Of a DNA stretch of 64,000 nt, positions 37,412 through 46,779 are shown piece by piece (the first letter of the stretch is position 1; every line of letters begins with the position of its first letter). The notes beneath the pieces were generated by a model. The model was not told where the DNA came from, did not search any database, and saw only the letters and a program-made list of their open reading frames with translations. The position numbers and the translations under genes were made by a program. Source of the DNA: Candidatus Algichlamydia australiensis (GTDB taxonomy: Bacteria; Chlamydiota; Chlamydiia; Chlamydiales; JAJFMI01). The stretch lies in the NCBI GenBank assembly GCA_033977065.1, contig JAXCHI010000003.1, positions 653,145-717,144 of the forward strand. The letters run 5' to 3'.

Positions 37412-40400
37412 TTAATATAATATATTTTCTATGCAAGATTTGAAGATGAAGTACAATACATAATCCCCTACCCACTCTTTAGAGATGGTATTGACTTTCT
37501 TAAGGGGAGGGGAGAACTTAATCCCCTCAAGCATGCCAACAGCGTTTAGTATCCATAATACACTAGCTGTGGCTTTTAGGGCCGTGACAGTTATGTTTTG
37601 CACTTTTTCACTAAGTGTAGAGGCACTGTCGTTTCTCTCGTCAATTTCATCTTTCAAAGATTCGATCTCTCTAGGAAGAGCAGTATAATCACCGTACTCA
37701 TAGCTATCAAAGGTTTTATCGAGGTAGCTTGTAAGAGGTGCTTTTTCATTTCGAGCCTTTTCAAAGACTCTCTTTCTCTCTTCAGGTTTTTTCGAATTTG
37801 GGAGATATTTTTTGATCTCCTCACTCTCAGGTAAGTAGCGATCAAGATAGGCTATTTTTTCAAGGAGGGTCTCTTCGCTAGAATTACCGGCATTCAATAA
37901 CTCAACAACTTCGGCTTTTATTGTTGTTGGAAGAAGTTTATGAAGAGCTTGTCTTAGCGCAGTTCGTTTTTTGCTTTTTTGTAATTTTTTCTCCATAAAC
38001 TTTTCTTGGTCTGCCCAAGTGGAAGAGTTTGGAAAATAGTTTTTAAGCTCTTTGTTTTCAGGGTAATATTTTTGAAGCTCTGAAAGCTTTACCATTAAAT
38101 CAAAGCGTTTTTCTTTCTTTTTTTTGTCACACTTGATCTCTTCATATAGTCCAACCTCTTCATGTAAATTATGCACAAGAGAAAGGGGAAGCTGTGCAAT
38201 TTTCTTCAATCTCTCTTTTTTAAGTTCATCTGTACTTTTTTCTTTCTTATCAACATGCCCACCACCAGCTTTTGAGATCTCATCGGCAAATTTGCTCTTT
38301 TCGGTTTCCAACTCCATAAGAAGAATTTCCATCTTTTTGCGGATACCTTTTGGATCGCTATCGGTTGTATTTTTGCTACAATCAAACGGGAGGGTCTCTT
38401 GGAGAGGGTTAAAAGTTTTGATAACGCTTTTTGCACCACTAGCTACTAGATTTTTGTAGTAGCTTAGGTGGTAAAATTCATCACTCGTTGTTTTAGGAAC
38501 AAAGGTTTCAGGGAGTATCTTTTTTAAATCTTCCAATATTTTGGTTTTTGCGGATTGAATTTCCTTAGCGGCTTCGCTACCATCTTTGTTTGTCTCTGTA
38601 TTTTTGATAAGGTTAAGTAAATCAGATTCTTTGCTGGGGTAAAAAGTAGCGAGTTTTTTAATATTTTTTAGGACCTCTTCTGCTTCAACTTGAGTTAGTT
38701 CTCCACTTAGTAATTTATAAGTTCTTTCCGTAACAGGGGTTTGCAAAAGTATCTTTCTTAAATCTTCCGATAAATTTCTATCTGTAGATTGAATTGTGCT
38801 AGTAGCTTTGCGCACCTCTTTGTCTGTTTTTGCATTTGAGATGAGGCTAAGTAAGTGGTCTGCTTTATCAGGATAAAAGATGGCAAGTCGCTGAATATTT
38901 TTTACCACTTCTTTTGCTTCGGGTTTCTTGGGCGTTCCCTGCAATAAACTATAAGTCCTTTCAGCGATTGCAATCGGAAGCTCTTTTTTTAGTTTTTCAA
39001 TATCACTAGCTTTTTGATGAAGGTCTTTTGCCATGACAAGGTTATGCGAAAGTATCTTTCTTAAATCTTCCCTTGTTGTTTCTGTTGAAGATTGAATTGT
39101 CTTAGCAGCTTCGAGCAGCTCTTCACCTGTTTTTGCGTTTGATATGAGGTAAAGTAAGTGGCCTACTTTACCTGGATAAAAGATGTTAAGTTTCTGAATA
39201 TTTTTTATGACCTCTTTTGCTTCAGTTTGATTTAGTTCTGCACCTAGTAATTTATAAGTTCTTTCTATAAAAGGGGGGTGCAAAAGTACCTTTCTTAAAA
39301 CTTCCCTTGTTGTTTCTGTTGAAGATTGAATTGTCTTAGCAGCTTCGAGCACCTCTTTGTCTGTTTTTGCGTTTGAGATGAGGTTAAGCAAAGGATGTGC
39401 TTTATCTGGATAAAAGATGGCAAGTTTCTGAATATTTTTTACGACCTCTTTTGCTTCAGCTTGATTTAGTTCTGCACTTAGTAATTTATAAGTTCTTTCT
39501 ATAAAAGGGGGTTGCAAAAGTATCTTTCTTAGAACTTCCCTTGTTGTTTCTGTTGAAGATTGAATTGTCTTAGCAGCTTCGAGCACCTCTTTGTCTGTTT
39601 TTGCGTTTGAGATGAGGTTAAGCATAAGCAAAGGATGTGCTTTATCCGAATATAAGGTGGCAAGTTTCTGAATATTTTTTACGACCTCTTCTGCTTTGAG
39701 TAGATTGAGCTTTCCCCGCAATAAGCTACAAGTGCTTTCCGCGATTCCAATTGGCGATTTTTTCTTTAATTCTTCAACAAGGTTTTTCTCAATATTTTTT
39801 CGATTCTGCGCAATTGCGTCTGTTAAGCAGGTCACTTTGCGGTATTTTTCCCACGAGGAGAATTGTTCGATTTCTGCTTCGGAATAGAAGTCATTCAAAT
39901 TGACCAACTCGTAATTACTTTTTTGGGGCGGGCGCATGAACGCTGACATAATTTCTTGAAGCGGATTTTTCGTAAGATTTGAAAGAGATATGTTTGCGAG
40001 TGCAGAGAGAGGTGAGGATGAGGAACCCACAGCTTCGTTAAATATATGATTAGAGCTGATGTATAAAAAAGCACGCGCTAAGTTACCAATATGCGGAAAG
40101 GCAGCCTGAAATAAGAGCGCTGATGCAAAAATAGAGATTACGACGAGTGTGATTTTTACAGCCGTGGCTTTATAAGAAATAAAGTTGTCTTCAAGCTCTT
40201 TGGCGGCATTTTTAATTTCCTCTTTGTAATTAACTAAAATCGTGTTTCGTAACTTTAGCTTTTCTAAAAAGGCTTCTGTTCGTGCTAGATCGTTTTCTCT
40301 CTCGTGCGCCTCGACTGTATCTTCAAGAGTATTCAAGAATTTGGGTTGTTGATAGTAAGAAAAAAGCGTTTCGCCCATTACAAACGCTGTAATTTTTTCG

Positions 40401-40744
40401 ATAGTTGTGCGGTCTTCTTTTGGCTTTTCAGAAGTTTTTTCCTTTACAAATGCCAAAGAAGTGTTGCTGTCATTACCTGAAATAGCCGCAATCTTTTTAC
40501 CGATTCCGAAGTGAGAAATAGTCAGGAAGAAGAGTGCGTTTGCACCTAAGTAGATATTGATCCTTCTTAAATCTTTAAAAGGGTAGTAGTCGATCTTTTT
40601 AAAGAAAGTTTGATAAGCGAAAAAAGAGAGAGCAGCTAGGGAGGTGCGCCAAAGAGTATCTCCACTAAAAATTACTTCAGACAAGTGATAGGAGGTTGAG
40701 GGGTCTTTTTCGCTAAAAGTAATTCTCAAAATGCTGTTTTCCAT
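37412..40744 (-). CDS. Large effector-like paralog with 78-aa internal repeats
   Basis: FGIGKKI, EKLKLR, YELVNLNDFY...SSWEK; five helical repeats. Confidence 0.75.
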   Translation of the reverse strand: MENSILRITFSEKDPSTSYHLSEVIFSGDTLWRTSLAALSFFAYQTFFKKIDYYPFKDLRRINIYLGANALFFLTISHFGIGKKIAAISGNDSNTSLAFVKEKTSEKPKEDRTTIEKITAFVMGETLFSYYQQPKFLNTLEDTVEAHERENDLARTEAFLEKLKLRNTILVNYKEEIKNAAKELEDNFISYKATAVKITLVVISIFASALLFQAAFPHIGNLARAFLYISSNHIFNEAVGSSSSPLSALANISLSNLTKNPLQEIMSAFMRPPQKSNYELVNLNDFYSEAEIEQFSSWEKYRKVTCLTDAIAQNRKNIEKNLVEELKKKSPIGIAESTCSLLRGKLNLLKAEEVVKNIQKLATLYSDKAHPLLMLNLISNAKTDKEVLEAAKTIQSSTETTREVLRKILLQPPFIERTYKLLSAELNQAEAKEVVKNIQKLAIFYPDKAHPLLNLISNAKTDKEVLEAAKTIQSSTETTREVLRKVLLHPPFIERTYKLLGAELNQTEAKEVIKNIQKLNIFYPGKVGHLLYLISNAKTGEELLEAAKTIQSSTETTREDLRKILSHNLVMAKDLHQKASDIEKLKKELPIAIAERTYSLLQGTPKKPEAKEVVKNIQRLAIFYPDKADHLLSLISNAKTDKEVRKATSTIQSTDRNLSEDLRKILLQTPVTERTYKLLSGELTQVEAEEVLKNIKKLATFYPSKESDLLNLIKNTETNKDGSEAAKEIQSAKTKILEDLKKILPETFVPKTTSDEFYHLSYYKNLVASGAKSVIKTFNPLQETLPFDCSKNTTDSDPKGIRKKMEILLMELETEKSKFADEISKAGGGHVDKKEKSTDELKKERLKKIAQLPLSLVHNLHEEVGLYEEIKCDKKKKEKRFDLMVKLSELQKYYPENKELKNYFPNSSTWADQEKFMEKKLQKSKKRTALRQALHKLLPTTIKAEVVELLNAGNSSEETLLEKIAYLDRYLPESEEIKKYLPNSKKPEERKRVFEKARNEKAPLTSYLDKTFDSYEYGDYTALPREIESLKDEIDERNDSASTLSEKVQNITVTALKATASVLWILNAVGMLEGIKFSPPLKKVNTISKEWVGDYVLYFIFKSCIENILY
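38525..39745 (-). repeat. About five tandem 234-bp (78-aa) coding repeats
   Basis: AAGTTTCTGAATATTTTT recurs at 39188, 39422 and 39662 (spacing 234 and 240); two more diverged units near 38890 and 38655. Confidence 0.9.
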
Positions 40745-40780
40745 TGCTTCCTCTATCAGTGAGCAAGCAATTATCGCATT

Positions 40781-43165
40781 TTATGAAGGAAAGGTCAAGG
40801 CAGTCTTCTCTACAATCTTACTGTGAATTTTTTCAACTGAGGAGGTTTCAAGAGTCTTCTTTTCGTGACGGTAGGTAAAGCGTAAAGTAATGCTTTTAAA
40901 TTCACCTAGATCTTCACTCTCATAAACATCACGAAGTTCGATGTTTTTTAATAGAGGCGGGGCGGCGGATTTAACGACTGAGAGGATCTCCTTGAGCGTG
41001 ACCTGCTTTTTTACCTTAAGGGTCAAATCACGAGTCACTCCTGGATAGAGTGGCAATGGTTCCATTTTCACGTCCTCACCAAGGAGAGTAAGAATCATCT
41101 CTAGGTCAATTTCTGCAAAGAAAATGGGAGCTAAAAGGCCCATTTCTGCCGCAATATTGGGGTGAACTTGTCCGATGGAGCCAATTTGTGCCTTACCATG
41201 CATGATGGCGGCTTGGATGTGGGGATGAAGGGAGCTTAGGGTTGATTGCTCCCAAGAGATTTTTTTTAGATTGAGGCTTGCGAAGAGCTCTTCTAAAATC
41301 CCCTTGGCGGTAAAAAAATCAGTTGCAGCTGGCTTGGGGTTGTAGTGGTAGGGACGCTCTTTTCCTGTCAGTGTGATTCCGACTACTCGCTTTTCAAGGT
41401 ATTGATCAGCTTCTTTAAAGTGGATTTTGCCGATCTCAAATGCCTGGATATCGCTCCATTTGTGGTTCTGATTGAGTTTGAGAGCTTGTAGATGTCCAGG
41501 AAGAAGAGAGGTACGCAGGATAGATTGATCGACTGATGCGGGCTTTAAAACAGAGATGAGCTTCTCCTCATGCATTTCATCTTCTAGGCAGAGCTTTGAA
41601 AGTTTAGGACTTAGTAGGTCGCAGGTAATGAATTCTTGCAGACCACTATTGATGAGTCTTGTGCGAAACTTTTTCTCAAGGAGGTAGAGCGGGGAGTGGG
41701 GGATTGTTGAGATGGTGACAAGAGGTTTAGAAGGGGTGATTGTGTTGTAACCGTAGAGACGCGCGATCTCTTCAATGAGATCGATCTCTTCTTTGATATC
41801 GTGTCGGTAAGCGGGCACGTCAACTTCAATTTTCTCTTTGCCGTCTGAGTTTACTTGCAGGTCGAGACGGCTAAGTAGGTTCTCGGCTTCGTTTAAAGAG
41901 AGTTTTGTGCCTAGGAGTTTATTAGTACGGGAGAGGCGCACGGAGAGTCTTCGAGGGGAGAACTCTTCTCTCTTGCAATCGATTTTTTCTTCTGCAATGC
42001 TGCCGCCGCAAATCTCTTTTAGAAGCATTGCTGCGCGATCGATCGCCGTGAGCGTCATTTCTGGGTCTGTTCCCTTCTCGAAGCGGGCAGAAGAGTCGGT
42101 ACGCAAGGAGAGGTTTTTGCTTCCGCTTCTCACAGTTGAAGGAGCAAAAAAGGCGGCTTCAAGTAAAACGTTTGTTGTTGTCTCAGTAACAGCTGAATCT
42201 GCACCTCCCATTACGCCTGCAACAGCAAGAGGTTTTTGGGCATCGCAGATCAGAAGGGTTTGCTCTGGAATTGTGCGCTCTACATCGTCTAGAGTTTTGA
42301 GTTGGCACTCTTTATTCGCCCTCTTCACGACAATCTTGTTTTCAGCAATCTTGTCTGCATCAAAAGCGTGCATCGGTTGGCCAAGCTCAAACATGATGTA
42401 GTTTGTGATATCGACAATCGCATTTTTTGGCTTGACGCCTACGCTCTCTAGTTTTTCTACGAGCCACTCTGGCGAATCACATACCTGAACATTTTCAACA
42501 AGGCGAGCTACGTAGCGCGGACACGCCTCTTGATCTTTTACATCTACAGAGATTTTTCGGGTAGAAGAGGAGGTCTCGATGGAAAAAGAGGGGGGAGTAA
42601 GTGGGATTTGGGTTAGAGCGGAGAGTTCACGCGCAATGCCGAAGAGGCTCATGCAGTGGCCGAGGTTTGGGGTGAGAGAGACTTCAAAAAATGTATCTCC
42701 AAAAACCTCTTCCAGAGGCTTACCGAGGTCGCCTTCATTTTCATATTCGGCAATGCCCGACTCTCTTTCAAGTGAGAATCCTAGCTCATCATTGCTGCAA
42801 AGCATTCCAAATGATTCTGCTCCACGCAGCTTGCCTTTTTTGATTGTGAATTCTTTGCCTTTGCTATCTGTGAGCTTGGCATCCACTTTGGCAAAAGCGG
42901 TAATCAGGCCCTCGCGGCAATTAGGTGCGCCGCAGACGACTTGGAAATTTTCTTTGCCATCTGTGACTGTTGCGATCCGAAGTTTATCAGCATCCGGATG
43001 TTGTTTGGCTTCAAGGACCTTTCCGAAGACTACGCCTGTAAAGGGAAATTTTTTCTTTTCAATGCCTTCGACTTCAAGGCCGGCTAGGGTCAGCAGGTCT
43101 GCGATTTCTTCAGGTGAGTGGTTGAGGTTTATCCACTCATTTAACCATTTTAAAGAGACTCTCAT
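40781..43165 (-). CDS. pheT: Phenylalanine--tRNA ligase beta subunit
   Basis: HPDADKL, VVCGAPN, LTPNLGHC, VDITNY, GQPMHAFD, RFEKG, DLIEEIARLYGY, LRTSL. Confidence 0.98.
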   Translation of the reverse strand: MRVSLKWLNEWINLNHSPEEIADLLTLAGLEVEGIEKKKFPFTGVVFGKVLEAKQHPDADKLRIATVTDGKENFQVVCGAPNCREGLITAFAKVDAKLTDSKGKEFTIKKGKLRGAESFGMLCSNDELGFSLERESGIAEYENEGDLGKPLEEVFGDTFFEVSLTPNLGHCMSLFGIARELSALTQIPLTPPSFSIETSSSTRKISVDVKDQEACPRYVARLVENVQVCDSPEWLVEKLESVGVKPKNAIVDITNYIMFELGQPMHAFDADKIAENKIVVKRANKECQLKTLDDVERTIPEQTLLICDAQKPLAVAGVMGGADSAVTETTTNVLLEAAFFAPSTVRSGSKNLSLRTDSSARFEKGTDPEMTLTAIDRAAMLLKEICGGSIAEEKIDCKREEFSPRRLSVRLSRTNKLLGTKLSLNEAENLLSRLDLQVNSDGKEKIEVDVPAYRHDIKEEIDLIEEIARLYGYNTITPSKPLVTISTIPHSPLYLLEKKFRTRLINSGLQEFITCDLLSPKLSKLCLEDEMHEEKLISVLKPASVDQSILRTSLLPGHLQALKLNQNHKWSDIQAFEIGKIHFKEADQYLEKRVVGITLTGKERPYHYNPKPAATDFFTAKGILEELFASLNLKKISWEQSTLSSLHPHIQAAIMHGKAQIGSIGQVHPNIAAEMGLLAPIFFAEIDLEMILTLLGEDVKMEPLPLYPGVTRDLTLKVKKQVTLKEILSVVKSAAPPLLKNIELRDVYESEDLGEFKSITLRFTYRHEKKTLETSSVEKIHSKIVEKTALTFPS

Positions 43166-43225
43166 GAGGTATAATGATACTTTGTTTTGATTTTAGGTTG
43201 CAAGTAAGAGTTATAGGAGAAATTA

Positions 43226-43290
43226 TTTGGCTCCATCTCGCTGTGCCAAATCGAAAATCAGCCGCCACGCCGCTTCGCGTACTAAAAGTT
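43226..43290. repeat. Degenerate fragment of a palindromic element
   Basis: TTTGGCTCCATCT...GTGCCAAAT resembles TTTGGGCTCCATCTTTGTGCTCAAAT of MITE copy 2. Confidence 0.35.
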
Positions 43291-43334
43291 TATATTTGAA
43301 CCCGTTGCGCCGCTTTGCGCATCAACTAAAGTTT

Positions 43335-44063
43335 TTAGAGGGTCTCGAAGGGTTTTAGGTATTTTTCGTATAACCGAGGATAGGTCTTTTCTACTTTCTC
43401 GTCGTAGGCAATGAGGCGGTCTCGCGGTACTTGGTTTGAAAAATGTATGAATTTTCCACCTGTTCGTCCTCCTCTTTTATTGTGGCAATAGGCGCGGTGC
43501 TCTTCAAAGTTTTCTATAAAGTTGTCCCAGCGACTAAAGTCTTCTCCCAAAAAGTGAAGGGCTCTTTCAAATACTTCTTCAGGATTTTGAATGAGATCTT
43601 TGTAGTAGATAAGAAGGCGATTTTTAGGGTTCCATAGATCAAAGGCTGCGATGTTTCTGTAGTAGGTTGTGGCTTCGGGAAGGCCGTTGTTTTTTACAAG
43701 GCTATGAAAAAGATTTTCAAATTTTTCAGGTCCAAAACGGCCTATAAGATTTTCTTTATTATTCCGAAGAAGAAAGATGAGTTTATCTCTTTGAGGATTG
43801 AGTTTTTTTAAATTAATGCAGTGGTGTTGGTGGAAGAAAGGAGGTTTTTCTGAAGCGGCATTTTCAGGATCTTTTAATTGTGTCACCCATTTGGGTAGGA
43901 CATTTTTCTCCCATGTGCGTCCTGTAAGCTGGGTAAGGCTGTAGACAAAGAAGCAGGTTCCCGAGCGAAAGTAGCTCAAGACTGCAACTCGTGGCTCGTC
44001 TTTTTCTGTGGCAAAGCCGAGATTTGTTAATGCAAAGGCAAGAAAAAAAATTCGAATGAACAT
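43335..44063 (-). CDS. Exported sulfotransferase-domain protein
   Basis: SYFRSGT (5'-PSB-like), IFLLRN.KE (3'-PB-like), LLIYYKDLIQNPE; signal peptide. Confidence 0.7.
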   Translation of the reverse strand: MFIRIFFLAFALTNLGFATEKDEPRVAVLSYFRSGTCFFVYSLTQLTGRTWEKNVLPKWVTQLKDPENAASEKPPFFHQHHCINLKKLNPQRDKLIFLLRNNKENLIGRFGPEKFENLFHSLVKNNGLPEATTYYRNIAAFDLWNPKNRLLIYYKDLIQNPEEVFERALHFLGEDFSRWDNFIENFEEHRAYCHNKRGGRTGGKFIHFSNQVPRDRLIAYDEKVEKTYPRLYEKYLKPFETL

Positions 44064-44176
44064 CTTACGTTCTAGGATACTTGGGGCACGTTTTATCTCA
44101 AGTAAAATCTTTTTTCTTTTCCTTAAATTTTAAATTTGGCATGCTCCAGTCTTGATGATTTTTTAATGGAGACCAT

Positions 44177-44902
44177 ATGAAGTCTTTTTTAGCATTAGTA
44201 TTGGCAATGCCTCTTCTTTTTTGCTCTCAGAAAGGGGTTGAGCTGAAGTTTCACGAGGGCGGGAATCATAAGTATCAATTTTCTGGTTACATTCCTGCGA
44301 CAACCTTTTCTAGCGAGCCAGGTAAAAGAGTGAAGGTTGAGGGAAAGATAGATCTTCAGATTGATGAGGTCTTAGATGATGGTAGCGCGAATCTTACAGC
44401 TACTCTTTCTAATTTTAAAGTTGATACCGAGACAGAGTTAGGCGATCAGCTTGTCAATACCGTGCTTGAATCGATGGTAACTGGGGGGTCAGCCCTCTGG
44501 ACTTTATCGCCCAAAGGAGAGCTGCTTGAGTTTACTTCAGACTCTTTCTTTTTCTCTGAATATGCGAACCAAATTATAGCTCTCGGGCTCTTCTCTCCGA
44601 TGTTGCGCGGTGCTGTTGAACAAGGGCACTCTTCCCTAGCACATAATAAAAGTTTGAGTCAGTTTGAAATTGAATATGCGGCAGAAGAGGTCTCGGATAA
44701 CGGAATGCTCATCTCTTTTCATATCAACTCTTCGCGGATTATTGAGGGAAAAGCGTCTGAGGTAGCAGCATTTCTGCGTGCGAACTTCGATCTTTCAAAT
44801 GGGTGGGCCCGCGAAACTTATTTTGATATCCACTGCGAGCAGATGGGTAAGAAAAATTGGGAGAGAAACCACTATACATTCATAATTAACAAGTGCGATT
44901 GA
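44177..44902 (+). CDS. Exported hypothetical protein
   Basis: Signal peptide, GGAG RBS, beta-rich. Confidence 0.7.
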   Translation: MKSFLALVLAMPLLFCSQKGVELKFHEGGNHKYQFSGYIPATTFSSEPGKRVKVEGKIDLQIDEVLDDGSANLTATLSNFKVDTETELGDQLVNTVLESMVTGGSALWTLSPKGELLEFTSDSFFFSEYANQIIALGLFSPMLRGAVEQGHSSLAHNKSLSQFEIEYAAEEVSDNGMLISFHINSSRIIEGKASEVAAFLRANFDLSNGWARETYFDIHCEQMGKKNWERNHYTFIINKCD

Positions 44903-44928
44903 CATTTCCTGCATCTATAGAGTATAGT
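44899..44928 (+). promoter_or_regulatory. Sigma66/70 promoter for tRNA-Leu
   Basis: TTGACA-N18-TATAGT. Confidence 0.65.
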
Positions 44929-44932
44929 GGCA

Positions 44933-44979
44933 CAAGTTACTACTCTCTTCATAAGAGAAATTGGGCAGCAACTTGAGTT
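44933..44979. repeat. Short hairpin element (CAAGTTG family) in the tRNA-Leu leader
   Basis: CAAGTTACT...AGCAACTTG; CTCTCTTCATAAGAGAAATTG is 19/21 identical to a segment of the rpsD-leader element. Confidence 0.65.
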
Positions 44980-45046
44980 CTAGTACTCAGAAAGTGTAGG
45001 TGAGTTTTTGGATTATATTTTAATTTGAAGACTCTCTTTTATTCTT

Positions 45047-45132
45047 GCGGAAGTGGCGGAATTGGCAGACGCGCTACCTTGAGGTGGTAGTGGGAATAAC
45101 TTCCCTTGGGGGTTCAAGTCCCCCCTTTCGCA
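45047..45132 (+). tRNA. tRNA-Leu(GAG)
   Basis: GCGGAAG/CTTTCGC acceptor; CTACC-TTGAGGT-GGTAG; long variable arm. Confidence 0.97.
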
Positions 45133-45346
45133 ATTTTTTTGGGACGGGGTCGGCTCCCCCTTTATTCCAAGGGCCGCATTTCAAAACTCTTTTAGCTGTA
45201 AGCCAGCTTCCTTTCCAAAATCCCCACTCGCGGTAGGCGGCAATGCTGTAGGCCGAGCAAGAAGGGGTAAAGCGGCAACAGCTTCCCATCAAGGGGCTAA
45301 TGAAGAGCTGATAGCCGCGAATGAAAAAAATCATGACCCATTTCAT
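45074..45346 (-). CDS. yidD: Membrane protein insertion efficiency factor
   Basis: [11 protein letters not shown]...[10 protein letters not shown]...[20 protein letters not shown]. Confidence 0.93.
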   Translation of the reverse strand: MKWVMIFFIRGYQLFISPLMGSCCRFTPSCSAYSIAAYREWGFWKGSWLTAKRVLKCGPWNKGGADPVPKKLRKGGLEPPREVIPTTTSR

Positions 45347-45912
45347 TCGTGAGAGATCGCCCCCCAGAAGCGCGTTTCAATTTCTTTTTCCATGTCGTGC
45401 GTTATCACTATCTCATCAAGCTCTAAGAATTTTCGCACATCTGCCAATTTTTGCGCCTCAGTAAAAAATCTGCTTGGCATGTAGAGACCTTCATGTTTTA
45501 AAACTTTTAGTAAAAAGCTCATTTTTATTTGAGAGACTTCAGAGGTTGTTTTGAGCTCTTCTAGATAACAAATCAATAGTTGATAGAGAAGGGGAGAGGG
45601 TTTGCTGGGAAGTTGGGAACGCAGGAGGGTCTTGAGCCAGTATCCGGCACAGTTGAGCTTATCATAGTTGCTGCGTATTTCTGTGTAGAGATCAAGTGGG
45701 GTTACATCTTTAAGTGTATAGAGTTCGGAGGTTTTTCGCGTAAGTAGAAAGTTGCAGCGGCAAAGGGCAGAGAGGTAGCCACGTTTTTTTAATGAGATGT
45801 AACTGCTTGTGGAAAGCAGACCGCCCTCTTTGGAAAAAAGAGTAAGAATATTTTTACGCTCGCCATAGGCGGTGGTGCGTAAAACGATTGCTTCTGTCGA
45901 GAGCTCTTCCAT
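45343..45912 (-). CDS. recO: DNA repair protein RecO
   Basis: [13 protein letters not shown]...[20 protein letters not shown]; position next to yidD. Confidence 0.88.
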   Translation of the reverse strand: MEELSTEAIVLRTTAYGERKNILTLFSKEGGLLSTSSYISLKKRGYLSALCRCNFLLTRKTSELYTLKDVTPLDLYTEIRSNYDKLNCAGYWLKTLLRSQLPSKPSPLLYQLLICYLEELKTTSEVSQIKMSFLLKVLKHEGLYMPSRFFTEAQKLADVRKFLELDEIVITHDMEKEIETRFWGAISHE

Positions 45913-45946
45913 TGATACTTAAGAAACTGTATACTTAATGATCTAC

Positions 45947-46045
45947 AGGAACCACTGAACAAGTGCTCTTTTTGAAAAGGACTTAAAAATTTAGGCCAAC
46001 TTTTTTTAAGCCCTTTCAGAAATCGTGACTTATTCAGTGTTTCCT
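45947..46045. repeat. Hairpin element in the tRNA-Arg(UCG) leader
   Basis: AGGAACCACTGAACAAGT/ACTTATTCAGTGTTTCCT; inner TGAAAAGG.CTTAAAAA/TTTTTAAG.CCTTTCA. Confidence 0.7.
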
Positions 46046-46048
46046 AAT

Positions 46049-46122
46049 GCACCGATAGCTCAATTGGATAGAGTACCTGGCTTCGGACCAGGTGGTTAGA
46101 GGTTCGAGTCCTCTTCGGTGCG
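46049..46122 (+). tRNA. tRNA-Arg(UCG)
   Basis: GCACCGA/TCGGTGC acceptor; CCTGG-CTTCGGA-CCAGG. Confidence 0.97.
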
Positions 46123-46149
46123 TTTATTTTTTAAGTATGAGGTTGTCCT

Positions 46150-46779
46150 ATGTCAGAAGTCAATATTGGAGATGAGAAATATCGTCTTTCTATTTTTGGT
46201 CATCAAATTGAAGTTACAGAGCCAATTCGCGATTACATCAAGAAAAAGCTGTATCATATTGAACATTTTACCGATCAAATTATCGATGTGGTTGTGCGCT
46301 TAGAGGTGCAAAAACTTGATCACCGCGCTGAGATTGTAATGAAATTCTCTCATTTCAAAGTTGTCGTGCATGCTACAACTACTGATCTCTATGCGACACT
46401 GGATAAGACTTTTGAAAGGCTCCAACATAAGCTGCGCCGTTGGAAGAGCAAGATGCAAGAGCATCACGCGCGCAAGCCTGTGATCAATCATATTCCTGTT
46501 GAAGTACTAGAGCAGCAAGAGCTTGATGAGATTAATGATCAAATTGAGGAAGAGAATCTCAAGCAGATGGAAGAGATTATGCATATGCCAAGAGTAGGCA
46601 AGCAGAAAAGTATTCCTCTTAAAACTTTAAATATGAATGAAGCGATTATGAAGATGGAACTCTCTCGTGATCACTTTATGGTCTACCGCTGTGAAGAGAG
46701 CAAGCAGCTGCGCGTGATTTATCGTCGTCGCGATGGTAGCTACGGCATTATTTCTGCGGAGGAGCGCGCTGTTTCCTGA
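46150..46779 (+). CDS. hpf: Ribosome hibernation promoting factor (long HPF)
   Basis: GHQIEVTEPIRDYI.KKL, DLYATLD...L.R.K.K; C-terminal M...EAI..MEL..DHF.VY...VIYRRRDG.YG.I. Confidence 0.92.
   Translation: MSEVNIGDEKYRLSIFGHQIEVTEPIRDYIKKKLYHIEHFTDQIIDVVVRLEVQKLDHRAEIVMKFSHFKVVVHATTTDLYATLDKTFERLQHKLRRWKSKMQEHHARKPVINHIPVEVLEQQELDEINDQIEEENLKQMEEIMHMPRVGKQKSIPLKTLNMNEAIMKMELSRDHFMVYRCEESKQLRVIYRRRDGSYGIISAEERAVS

Noticed and set aside
38525..39745. Possible CRISPR or mobile repeat
   Set aside because: 234-bp units are in-frame coding repeats without unique spacers.
41838..43190. 187-aa and 203-aa plus-strand ORFs
   Set aside because: Antisense to pheT, Ser/Arg-rich, no motifs.
44137..44153. 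Second sigma54 promoter (TTGGCATG...)
   Set aside because: Lacks the TTGC -12 element at the right spacing.
45045..45236. 63-aa ORF
   Set aside because: Translation of tRNA-Leu and yidD antisense.
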